Shown one piece after another: positions 1 through 11,337 of a stretch of 64,000 bases of DNA. The stretch spans positions 100,318,001 to 100,382,000 of the forward strand of contig NC_087472.1 in NCBI RefSeq assembly GCF_036321535.1. The letters run 5' to 3'. Position 1 is the stretch's first letter. Each line of letters starts with the position of its first letter. This DNA comes from Camelus dromedarius. Taxonomy: Eukaryota. The notes beneath the pieces were generated by a model, which saw nothing but the letters and a program-made list of their open reading frames with translations, was not told where the DNA came from and made no database searches. The position numbers and the translations under genes are program-made.

Positions 1-989
1 TGACCCCAGAAAGCTGACTGTCTGGGGTGTGGTGCTCATTCTTTTACCCTGATGCAATTATCTCAGGGTGTGGGTACTCTCCGCCTCACTCCCCCCCCCT
101 TTTTTTCCCCCACCCCCAAACTCTGGGTTTCAAACTCTGGTTTCACTATGAAAAACAGAGACACAAGGAGACAGGTTTCATGCTGTTGTTGATTTGCTTT
201 TAGAACCACGAACTCCGGTTCCTTTTAGAAGTCAGCCCAAAAAGCAGGAAGAAAGGCAGGACAAACTTTTGAAAAATCTTTCCGCACCTTCACTGATCCA
301 AATTTTAGTGTGATTTGGCAGGCAATTCAGGGTAACATGTTCCAGAGTTTTAACTTGCACATAATTGCCAGATTAGCTATTGTTTGACTTGTACAATTAT
401 TAATGAAATGTGGGGGAAAAAATGGGTGGTAACTGCAAAGCCTGTGGCAATGTCTAGACACGGGGGTGGGGGTGGGGAGGCGGAGTACCAAAGGAGACGA
501 CAGAGAATTTCCTTGACTTTGGTTTTTCTCAGACTCAGTATTTCTGTCTTGGCATAACAACATGTGGGCCGAGATATTGATAGGTGAGAGATAAGGTTTT
601 GTTTAAAATGAAAAATCAAGTTTTAGGCTATATGCCAGAGACATTTCTCACTGAAGTGTGTTAAAAGAAAAGATGCAATCACTCAGGCTGGATGATAAAC
701 ACACACATGTGCACAATTACACGCTGATTTTTAGATTTTCTAGAGCTACCACCATGTCAATCCAGCCAGGAGAGGAGGGAGATATTCAGGGTAACTTGGC
801 TTTTGAGTGGAGAAGATTTTTGGTTCAAGAGAGCTTGTGAATGTCACACATGCACTTCTATAACCTTATGTCAGGGTCACAGCAGGGTGGGTGTCATGGC
901 AGCAGGGTTATAGCATAAATCTGCTGACTGACTCATGAGAATTGGGGAGGAGAGACAATATATGGGATTATGAAATAATTTTTATTCTT

Positions 990-1101
990 TTTTTTAATGG
1001 GGGAGGTAATTATTTATTTATTTAATGGAGGTACTGGGGATAGAACCCAAGACCTTGTGCACACTAAGCACGCACTCTACCACTGAGCTATACTCTTCCC
1101 C
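990..1101 (-). mobile_element. Camelid tRNA-Ala-derived SINE (vic-1-like)
   Basis: Reverse complement reads GGGGAAGAGTATAGCTCAGTGGTAGAGTGCGTGCTTAGTGTGCACAAGGTCTTGGGTTCTATCCCCAGTACCTCC, then an (AATA)n/ATTACCTCCCCC tail and an A-run. A/B boxes present. Perfect 16-bp TSD AATAATTTTTATTCTT at 974-989 and 1102-1117. Confidence 0.9.
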
Positions 1102-1869
1102 AATAATTTTTATTCTTAATGTCTTGGCGTCTTCACTGCCCAGCAAATTCCCATCCCAGCCCACAGTGGGGAGAAGAAAGCTATGAGAGGAAATTAGACA
1201 AACACACAAGGGTTTTGGGTGAGACCTCCACAGGCAAAAATAAAAAAGAAAACACTTGTGTGTTTTATTGCTTTTGGTGTAAGTATCGATGGATAAATTA
1301 TGTACTATAATATTATACATAATGGGTAATTATGTACATACATGCAACTGCATATACTTTGTTTCACTCACATAAGTGCAAATTAAAATTTGAAGTAGCT
1401 GGTTAAGTGATTTTTATTCATGTTGGGAAAAGTCTTTCCCTTTGATTTCATTCAAAGCAAGGCAAGCATCTCCCTTCCCTAGTCTCTCAACCCACCAGGA
1501 CCTTCCTTACAGATAGACCCACGTTAGAAACAAGCATATGGTCTTCAATTCTCAAAGAACAGGCTTCCGGCAGTTTATAGGCCCCAGAGCTTGATCTTTA
1601 CCCTACCCTGACCTGGCCACAGTAGCTCAAATACTCAGCATCATTTCACTTCTTTACATCCATAAATAGTATGGCTCTGGGACACATGAGAGTAAGTTTT
1701 AATCAGTGTCCCTGAGGAAGAAGCTCAGGACAGGATGGGCAGCTGTCACAGGGAATAACCCTGGGCAGTGGAGGAAGTAGAGGCAACAGGAGTAGCCTAG
1801 AGGGAGCCTACAATAGAGGAGGGAGCTATAGGGATCAGAAAGGGCTGGGAGTTGTGGGGAATGGAGTCA

Positions 1870-2035
1870 CAGTATTTTAGGGCTAGAAGAAACCTTTGAG
1901 AATATTGTAACACAGTCCCTTCATATTACAGATGAGGAAACTGAGCCTCAGAGAGATTAACTGATTTGTCCAAAGTCAAAGTATGTGCAACAGATCTGAA
2001 ATTAGAATTCAGATTTTCTGTCTCAAGCCTGGTAG
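1870..2035 (-). mobile_element. MIR SINE
   Basis: MIR core ACAGATGAGGAAACTGAGCCTCAGAGAGATTAACTGATTTGTCCAAAGTCA. Confidence 0.85.
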
Positions 2036-2944
2036 ACTTCCTACTGTGAAGAAATATCAAATACACCAAAACCACAAAAAGCCAATATTGAGTTAAATTG
2101 CAATTCAAAGGAACTACTGTTTCTCAACCAACTAAATGCCCTAATGTTCTTCATTAAGAAATCAGATAGTTCTGAAACCTGACCATTTCATATTTCTCTT
2201 ACAGATCCTACACTTTAATGCAGCTTCATTGTAATCATGCCAAATATAATGGACAGATAATGAATTTACTAGGTTATTTTAAATCATTTCATTACACGCT
2301 ACTTTGTTTTACAGGATCACATTCAAACTCTTCTTTTTTAAAGCACCAGAATCACTCTGTGATTTTGGTAGGTAAACTTCAAAACATCAGGAAAAAATCT
2401 ATTTCTAGTATTTCCAGCTAAGACTTGAAAAGCCTAGGGACTGGAAACTGTTTGAAAAAGTCAAGTAGTTCTCTCAAGTCTTCCAATAAAGTTTTGGCAT
2501 TTGTCATAATTTAAATCTTATTTGGACTGTATGGAATCTCATGATGTTTTTTTTTCACTGCTAAGAAGGAGTGATTTGTTAGAAAATCACTCAAGCAGGA
2601 TCAAAGGACCCATTTCTGGGCACTTGGTCTTCTAACAAGGTAGACCAGTGACAGCTATCTCCAACTAAGACTTTTTCAAAACAATTGTTACTAACAACCC
2701 CACGTGGAGCTAGGTCTAGTTCACAGTGATCCTGAAAAATCACACGTGGTCCAGAATTACAGCAGGATTCTAGATTACATAGATTACATATCTTCAATAA
2801 TAATCCCACAGGAGCTAGTTTTATATCTAAAAATAGGTGGGATTTTGCATGAAATACATGGTGCAAATATGTTGTACTCCTCTTCTTTTTTCTCCTCACC
2901 CCCTAAAAATCTTGCTGGATTCAGCTGACAGAAAGGTGACAGGT

Positions 2945-3648
2945 CCTTAATTGCTGTATAGGATTGCTACTTATTTTTGTGTGTTGACTCTATCCTGCTA
3001 CTTTACTGAATTCACTTATTAGCTCTAACAGATTTTTTTGTGGAATCTTTAGCGTTTTCTACATATTAGATCATATTATCTGATGACAGAGATAATTTTG
3101 CTTCTTACTTTCCAGTTTGGCCACCTTTTATTTCTTTTTCTTGCCTAACTGCTCTGGCTAGAACTTCCAATACTATGTTGAGTAGAAGTGGTGAAAGTGG
3201 GCATTTTTGCCTTGTTCCTAATCTTAGAGGAAAAGTTTTGAGTCTTTCACCATTTAAGATGGTATTTGTTGTAGGGTTTTGGTATATGGCTTCCGTTATG
3301 TTGAGGTAGTTTCCTTCTATTCTTAGTCTGTTGAGTGTTTTTATCATGAGGAAGTATATTGAGTTTTGTCAATTGCTTTCACTGCATCAGTTGAGAAAAT
3401 TATGTGGTTTTTCTTCCTTCATTCTGTTAACGTGGTGTATTACATCAATCCATTTCCATATGTTGAACCATTCTTGCATTCCAGAAATAAATCCCACCTG
3501 GTCATGTTGTATAATCCTTTTACTATGCTGCTCTATTCAGTTTGCTATATTTTGTTGAAGATTTTTGTATCAGTGTTCATAAGGGATATTGGTCTGTAGT
3601 TTTCTTTTCCTGTAGTGTCTTTGTTTGACTTTAGTATCACAGTGATTT
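2945..3648 (-). mobile_element. L1 ORF2 internal fragment (reverse transcriptase region), decayed
   Basis: ORF 3105-3347 gives [22 protein letters not shown]...[37 protein letters not shown], the canonical L1 RT sequence. An upstream KENYRPISLMN motif is also readable. No 3' UTR or poly(A) is attached. Confidence 0.95.
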
Positions 3649-4554
3649 TCTGTACTGTTTTTTTCTCTATTTTATTTTTTTTGTTTTTTACATGATTTAA
3701 GAGATGAATACATTTAAAAAAGTAAATTCCTTGAAATCACAAATGTCTTTTTGCACTAAATTAAAGTGCCAAGGGTCATATCTGTGTAGTCAACCAGAGC
3801 AGTGATAATAGATTCTATTCACCAGCCACCTTTCATCTTCTGTTTATCTCTTAAGAAAATCTAAATCTATTTTTTTTTTGCCTGAACACTTCATTTTTTT
3901 CCCCCAAATAGCAACTTCTGTTTTATGGATTATTCTTGTTCTATTCTTCCTTTTGGCTTTATAAAATGAACATCTGGAATTTTCCTGGATTGTTATATTC
4001 TTGAAATAAAATTTTATTAAAAGATTTGTTGTGGTTCAAAGGAAAATTTATTATTTTGTTTGGTGTGCTTTCCAGTTCGTGGAACACTTATCATTGTCAT
4101 ATGTAAATTTAGCATTTCAATCCCAATTTAAGTTCTTCAACTGACAAATATAATTTTGTTGGGACAAATAAAATTCATCAGGCATTTATGTAGAAATACT
4201 TTCTTTACTGTGGTAGTAAATTGATGAGTATTACCACCATTTTCAAGATAAACTATTGGGAAAATTATTAGTCCCTCTAGAAATGAAAATTCCTTAAAAG
4301 TTCATCTGCCATTAAAATGTGTGAAGTGCTTACTCTTGAAAGGGCCTGATAAGAAATGTCACAGAATTGAATTTGGTTCCTGGAATTACCTAGTATTTCA
4401 GGGGGAAGTCTGATTAAGTGTTTCACACAGAGCCTGGTACACAGCAAAACCCAAATATTAATTCCCACCTTTTCCCCTGTGGGTGTGAACTACTCATTTT
4501 AAGGTCCAAATGTGTCCTAGTGGGTTATATTTTTGGGTGGTTCCTCTTCTGATA

Positions 4555-5165
4555 AAAAAAAGATAAAATTTACATATAGTAAAATACATAGTTTGTAAGT
4601 ACACAGTTAGGTGAGTTTTTCTATTATGTTCACCCATGTAGCCATTGCTTGGAAAAAGAGAGAAAATTTCTCTTACCTCACTTTCTTATGTCTATCATCA
4701 AGATGAGTTTTGTCTAGTCTATGATTTCATAGAAATAGAATTGTTTAATATACGCTCTTATGTTCAATTTTTATTTACTCAGCATAATGTCTGTAAGATT
4801 CATCCATGTTATGAAATCTGAGTAGTATTTTATTGTATAGATGTACCTTAATTTGCTTATCCATTCTTCTATTGATAAACATACAGCTGTTTCTGGTTTT
4901 GTGCCATTCTGATTAGGGATGCTATGATCATTCTTGTACAAATCTTTCTGGGAACATTTATTTTTTTATTTCTCTTGAATAAATATCTAGTAGTGGAATT
5001 GCTGAGTCACAAGATAGATGTGTGTTAAAATTTATTGAAACTCTCAGTTTTCCAAACTGTTTCATCATTCTACACTTCCACTAGCAGCTGATGAGCATTC
5101 CAATTGCTCTACAGTCTTGTCAACACTTAGTGTTGTCAGTCATTTTCATTTTAGTCATTCCAGGG
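4555..5165 (-). mobile_element. Old L1 (L1MC/L1ME-type) 3' region
   Basis: Typical antisense L1M phrases: TTACTCAGCATAATGTCTGTAAGATTCATCCATGTT, GTGGAATTGCTGAGTCAC, CTTCCACTAGCAG. Confidence 0.85.
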
Positions 5166-5584
5166 AATACCTAGCAGGTTTTGACACAAAGAATATCTGT
5201 GCAGTGGAGCAAGCAAAGATATCATGCTTTCCAGCTGGTCCCTAAGTTTCTCTAAAAGAAGGAACTGTCTTTGTTTAAGAAAGGCATTTGATAAGCTGAT
5301 TTGGGTGGACAGGGAAGCCCTGAAGCCAAAGGTTGGAAGGAAGCACTAAAGAGATGGTAAATTGGACTACATGAGAGCAAGACAAGAATTCCAGAGTATA
5401 ATGAGAACAATTCTGACATCTTCAAAAGAGACTTAAGGAAATGTAGCCTGTCTCTCTAGGGCTCAACACGTCACCATGGCTGCTAGTTTAGCCTCAACTT
5501 TATGTCCCGGTTCTGGTAACTGGACTTCTGCACATGTCTAAGATCCACCCCCACTCCATCCCAATTCCCTGCAGTCATGGGGCC

Positions 5585-6005
5585 TGTACAAGTGTTGTAT
5601 GTAATTTACTTTTTCAACTCAATACCATATCTTAAATATTTTTACCAAATTCTTTTAAAATACAATTTTTAGTGAATAGATGTATCCTGTAATATGGACC
5701 TCTGTTATAATGTATTTATTTAATTGAGTCTCAATTTGGGGATGGACTGTTTTTAGTTCTTTTATATTATAAACAATCCTGTGATGAACCTCTTTGTACA
5801 AAAGTATACATTTCCCCATGACTTACTGATAGTTTACAAGAATAAATTTTAGGAAATGGGATATCTGAATGAAAGGTGATGCATAGTTTTAAGGTTTTTG
5901 ATACACTATTGCCAAATAGCAAAAAGGGTATTCTAGTTTCCAGCAGAAGTGTCTGCGGCTCATTTCATGTTCTTACTACCAGTGAGTGCTATTATTTAAA
6001 AAATG
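5585..6005 (-). mobile_element. Old L1 (L1ME-type) fragment
   Basis: Degenerate antisense L1 3' ORF2/UTR phrases (ATTATAAACAATCCTGTGATGAACC, TTTTTGATACACTATTGCCAAAT). Confidence 0.65.
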
Positions 6006-6769
6006 TGGAATTTTTTTGAGAGCTACTCCTCAAAACACATGTGTTAGCTAAAAGAAACAAGAGTAAGATATTGCAAATATGAAGAAGGAACAAATTCTTC
6101 AATATTCACAGCATGGAAATGACATCCTTTTATGCCTGTGGCCAGTTCTTCCAAGGGCTTAAATTTTGGAATCTGGTTGACTAACATACATTCCTTGGAC
6201 ATAAGATAACTTTTTATTACATTTTATAAATTTATTTTGATAAACAAATCATCAAAACCATTGACACAGATTTAAATAGCTAGGTGAAGCAGTCAACAAC
6301 CACTTTATCGGTTTGTGCCCTTTGCTCATTTTATTGCTATTATAATTAAATTTTTAAAAATATAATTAGACAGTAGCCTATCCTCCAAGTTCATAGGAGA
6401 TCTTGAAACTGCTTTCAAAGACCTTTCCCTTACTAAAAAAGTGGTCATCTCTCGCCTAGTTTGGCTGGCTGAGGAATTTTGGCTAGCTGCCACAGGAAAT
6501 AGTCACATTGTGGAAAGGATCTGAAGGAAGAAAGGAAAAGAAGTTACAGTTAATCATGGGGTACATGAGTCAGCTTCACTTTAAGGATTTACTCTGAAGT
6601 GGAGAACTCAAAAAACATGGGAAGCCCTAGGGATGAGGAAGGAGAAAGCTATTAGTAGTCGGAATAATTTTCTTCAAAGAATTCCTTTCTATGTGAACTG
6701 CCATGAAAACAGTCTGAATGTCAAATTACTATGCATTTGAGAATGATCTCTTCACTCTAGATTTTGTTC

Positions 6770-7324
6770 TGTTAAAACAAAATAGGTGTGCATCTTGGAG
6801 GGCTTCAGATTTTGATATTCAGACAGACCACAGAAAAGTGACTCAGATGCGGTATGTCAATATTTCACCTGTGATTATGGAAGTTCTCTATGAGGGAATG
6901 ACTTGTTTTCATTTAATGCTACAAGTGAGTATGCTAGTGGTTGGGGCATCAAAATGGGATTTAGGATTCCACCCTTCAGCTGGACCTGGTCAACTAGAAG
7001 CTCCTCATTTCCTCCCCTGCCCTTGGAATGTGTTCCACCTGCCTTCCCCGCTCCCAGAAGTTGCCCCAAGGATATGGCCTTGAGATAGCAATGTGGAGAT
7101 GAGACCATCTGGATTGTGTGTGTGACTGAATCCCGTTAAGGTCTCTATAAACTTTTAGGATTCTGGTGGGTGGGTGTGGAGATCTACTTGTCTTGCAGCT
7201 GCCCGAGACAAGCCTCATAGATAAGTTCCCTTGCTTATTAAACCTGCCACTTACCAGTCTGGTGTGGTCTGCCTCTTGGGTCGCTCCTTGCCCTCTGTGT
7301 ATGTGGCCAGTTTGCAAGTCAACA
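6770..7324 (+). mobile_element. ERV solo LTR (ERV1-like)
   Basis: TG...CA termini, TATAAA at 7146, ATTAAA at 7237, near-TSD GTTC/TTTC. The left boundary is less certain. Confidence 0.65.
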
Positions 7325-8004
7325 TTTCTCCGGTTTGCCATTAGTTTTTTTTGATGGCCTTGGGCAACTAATTTTGCCTTTTTTATCAAGTTCTGTAAAA
7401 TGCTAAAACACAAATAATTAAGAGATGCTAATGAGATTTTTACAAATACCTTACTGCCAGAGGACATATATGATGCACCAAATAGTTGAAACTCTGCTTG
7501 TTGAAAACATCTTGTGTGATTGACTCTCAAAATGAGAAAAATAATACAGCTTTTATATCTGAAAAAGCTTTATCCCATATCCTGGCTAAAGCAATTTAAT
7601 AGCATTGCTTAAGACAATAAAAGCTGTTGCATTTATTAAATGGCCTTCTGACATCTATTTTTAACATACGATGAGAGCTGTACTTGGCAAGCCCTCAGCA
7701 ATGTCCCCAGTGAATGATCTGCCAGAGTAATTTGAGAGTAAATATTCTGAGGTATTATCACCCTGAGAAAGGTTTTATTAACTAGATGCTTATGTATAGT
7801 GCTATTTTAAGGCTCTCTGAATGTTGCTTTAGACTTCATAATTAGGACCCAATTATAATGCTATAGTAGGGGTAGAATCAAAATGGGCCTTGCAGGGAAA
7901 TTAGGTCATAGCATGCTTTCTCCATGTGGCTATTGTGTTCAAAGGGACATGGTTCAACTCAAAGTAGAATCAATCCCATAGTTCTGCAGAAATAGTGTTA
8001 AATT

Positions 8005-8200
8005 ATAGGGTAGGCATTGTGCTAGTTGCTTCCTGTTTAATTTCATTTAATATGTGCAATACCCTTTAAGGTAGGGGTTGTTATTCCCATTTAATCCATG
8101 GGAAAAATGATGCCACAAAGAAGTCAAGTAATTGATTCAAGGTCTCCTAAGTGCCAGAGCAGGAATGTGCGTCACTGTACTCCAGAGCCCACTCTCATTT
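8005..8200 (-). mobile_element. MIR SINE
   Basis: Antisense MIR: TAGGCATTGTGCTAG...AGGTAGGGGTTGTTATTCCCATTT...ACTCCAGAGCCCACTCT. Confidence 0.8.
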
Positions 8201-8418
8201 GTGTCCCGTACTGCCTCCCCAGTGTGCTCCGATATACACTGTTGCACTCACAGTCCTCTGTATCACAGTCAACTCCCTGTCCTGTCTTTAAAACTGGAAG
8301 TGTTACTCTTCCTCTGTTGATGTACCCTCATCCTTCCCATGACATGAGCCAACTGCCAAGAATGAGCAAAAACCTATCCAGTGTGTGATTAGTGAATGGG
8401 TTATTTCCTATTAGGCCC

Positions 8419-8927
8419 TGTGATAGATAAAATAGTGGCTCCCCCAAAGATGTCCATGTTCCAATTCCCAGAACCTGTGAATGTGGTATGTTACATGGCA
8501 AAGGAGACTTAAGATTGAGATGGAATCGAGGTGCCTAATCAGCAGATCTTAAAATGGGGAGATTAGCCTAGATTATCCAGGTGGGCGCCATGTAATCACA
8601 AGGATCCTTAAATGTGGAAGAGAGAGAGTCTAAAGAGGAGTTTTAGAGTGGCGTGATGTGAGAAAGACTGACAGCCATTGCTAGCTTTGAAGATGGAGGA
8701 AGGAACCATGAGCCAAGGACTGCTGGCAGCCTGAAGAAACTGGAAAAGGTAAGGAAAGGGATATTCCTGGAGAGCCTTCCGAAGGAACACGGCCCTCCCA
8801 CCACCTTGATGTTAGCCCAGAGAGACCCATTTCAGACTTCTAACCTCCACAACTGTAAGATAATAAATCTGTGTTAAGCAGTTACATTTGTGGGAATTTG
8901 TTACAGTGGTAATAGGAAACTAATACA
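8419..8927 (+). mobile_element. MaLR solo LTR (MLT1D-like), full length
   Basis: Starts TGTGATAG...CCCCCAAAGATGTCCATG, ends ...AATAGGAAACTAATACA. Perfect 5-bp TSD GGCCC at 8414-8418 and 8928-8932. Confidence 0.92.
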
Positions 8928-8950
8928 GGCCCTTTATTGATAAAGTTTAT

Positions 8951-9133
8951 CAGGGGTTGGTAAATAATGGCCTGTAAGCCAAATTTGGCCTGCCACCTGT
9001 TTTTGTAAATCAAGTTTGGTTGAAACCCAGCTGTAGCCATTTGTTTGGGTATCATCCAAGGCTGCTGTAATGGCAGAGACCACTGGGCCTGCAGAGCCTA
9101 AACTGTTTAATCTTTTACTGAAAGTGACCCCTG
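8951..9133 (+). mobile_element. hAT-Charlie MITE (MER58A-like)
   Basis: TIRs CAGGGGTTGG...GACCCCTG; internal GCCAAATTTGGCCTGCCACCTGTTTTTGTAAAT. Confidence 0.85.
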
Positions 9134-9675
9134 ATCGCGAGTATAGTTACAAATAAAATACTATAACTATGGATGTGAATTAGGTGTAAAAATGTACATT
9201 TCTTTGAGAAAAAGAACAAATCCTCCTATACTCTTTTTGGTTAGTAGTCTAAATTTTCTCTTGAACAGAGAATGTAGCAAAATGCCAGTTAATATAAGGC
9301 CCTGATCAATTTGATGCTAGTGAGTTAAAATCCCAATGTGTGTCATACTATAGACAGCTCAAACTGCATGAATGTGAAGTGAAGGAATAAAAAGTTTTAT
9401 AAGGGAAGATATTTATGTTGTTCACATAGGGAAGAATTAAATTTTAATTCTTGTCCTTCCACTCAAAAAAAAAAAAACAAAACAAAAAACAAAAAACAAA
9501 ACCAGAATAATTTCCAACCTAAAAAAAGGTTGTTTTTCCATTCTTTTCTTAAATCCCTTCTTCCTACACTCAGCTGGGAAACTCCTCTTGGATTGGCAGC
9601 GTGTGCAGTCCAAGAGGCCACCAGGCCAGTGCTCTCTGCACTGCCCGGCGTCGGCCTACTACTCCCAGTTAGCCT

Positions 9676-9702
9676 CAGCTGGGCCACTTCCTATTTAGGT
9701 CA
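9676..9702. promoter_or_regulatory. Candidate enhancer motif cluster (E-box, ETS, CArG, RORE)
   Basis: CAGCTG 9676-9681, CACTTCC 9685-9691, CCTATTTAGG 9690-9699, TATTTAGGTCA 9692-9702, in unique GC-richer sequence. Motif match only. Confidence 0.35.
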
Positions 9703-9929
9703 AGTCCCTTCTGAAATGGGTGACAGAGGTAGACACTGCTGGAATGCTGTCATCCACTTGAACTTGATTTTGAGTAGCATTTCCATTCATGTTTGGCAAC
9801 TGTTCTTTTACTGTCATGTTAGAATATTGTTTTGGCAAGGGTTTCATTTCTACTAAATGCCCCCTTTCTAGCATCTTTGGCCATGAGCCCTAACTTTTGT
9901 TCTGAATGTTTGTGAAAATCTGTTTTCTC

Positions 9930-10250
9930 AAAATGTTTAAACTTTTTGTCATGGAAAAGATCAACCATTTATAAAAGTAGACAGAACAGTATAATGAACC
10001 CCGTCACTTGCTGCACTCACTTCAACAATGAGTGGTTCCTGGCCAGTCTTGTTTCATCCTCTACACCCACCTACTTCTCTTCACCTACATTTTTGAAGCA
10101 AATCGGAAAAATAGTATGATTTCATCCATAAATACTCCAATGTGTATCTCAGAAAGATAAGAACTCTTTTTCAAAAATATAATCATGGCACCATTATCAC
10201 TTCTTAAAAATGTTTGACACTAATTCCTTATTAAATATCCAGTCAATGTT
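9930..10250 (-). mobile_element. Old L1 3' UTR (L1MC/ME-type)
   Basis: AAAAGTAGACAGAACAGTATAATGAACCCC and TTTTGAAGCAAATC...ATTTCATCCATAAATACT phrases. Confidence 0.75.
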
Positions 10251-11081
10251 TAAGGAAATCTTTTTAAAAAATTATCCTACCCTTGAATATTGTGAGTGGT
10301 TTATGATCTTCATTCCCTCCCTGAGGCAGGCTGTGAGAAAAGCGGTAAATAGAGAACTGACATGTGTGCACACACCCCATCTTACACACAGCCCCCCCGC
10401 CAGCAAACCCTTCCATACCCCCAAGACCGGCTGCCCTTCCTCATTTTGGCAATTAGGATCCTGAAGTGGGCAAAGAGGATGGGGGTGGGGAATGTGGCCA
10501 CTGTACCTTCCTTTACGTCCAAACAACTGTATGCAGATCAAATACTGAGGATTCCTTTTGCTTCCTTCTTGACTTTCTTCATTTCATACGCTGGTAGTTC
10601 TATGGAGTCTGTAGAATTCCTCCCCACTCACATGCTAGCCTCTCTCATAAAACTTAAAATGTATTTCCAACATTTTGAAATCCTTTATTGTCTATCCCTG
10701 AAGATAAATGACACACTGTCACTTGCCCAAGCAGAGGTGTGAACAAGGGTGTATGGGGTGAGACTTTGTCGCTCGTGTTTCTGAGGGGACTCACAGACTT
10801 TTGCTTTCAGTGTTTAAGAAATGTGTGTGGTGACAATGACTCAGGAAAACAATCATTTTCTCACAAATGGAAACAATAATGATCCAAATTTCCTTTTTTT
10901 ATTTTCAATCTCTCTTGCTGAAGAAAGCCTCTTCTTTCCATTCAGGCCAGCCTAGTGGATGCCTCCATGTGTCCTGCTTTCATGAGGCCAGTGATGGAGT
11001 TGTAAGGGAGGAGGCAGGAAAGGTGTGCGGGGCTGGGGGGCCATTGCTTGAACATTGTTTTAGGCCTGTCATGGCTCATGC

Positions 11082-11337
11082 TTTTTTTTTGAACAGCTTT
11101 ATTGAGATAAAATTCACATACTGCACAATTTACTGATTTAAAGTGTACAGTTCAATGTTTTTTACTATATTCACAGAATTAAGCAACCATCACCACAATC
11201 TAATTTAAGAACATTTTCATCCCCTCCAAAAGAAACTACGCACCCATTGGTGGTCACTCCCCTCACCCCCAGTCCTGTGGTCTAGGCAACCACTAATCTT
11301 TCTGTCTCTATAGATTTGCCCATTCTGGACATTTCAT
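11082..11337 (-). mobile_element. L1MB-type 3' end
   Basis: T-run followed by AACAGCTTTATTGAGATAAAATTCACATAC...CTAGGCAACCACTAATC...TTCTGGACATTTCAT. Confidence 0.9.

Noticed and set aside
2591..2899. Faint similarity of translated pieces to dynein heavy chain N-termini or hAT transposases
   Set aside because: Only scattered short matches recalled by eye and not consistently collinear; kept only as an unidentified segment.
3105..3347. 80-aa ORF resembling a polymerase/RT gene
   Set aside because: It is a decayed L1 ORF2 fragment with stops and frameshifts on both sides, not a host gene.
6994..7530. Longest ORF in the track (178 aa)
   Set aside because: Largely antisense to a solo LTR, non-ATG start, no recognisable domain.
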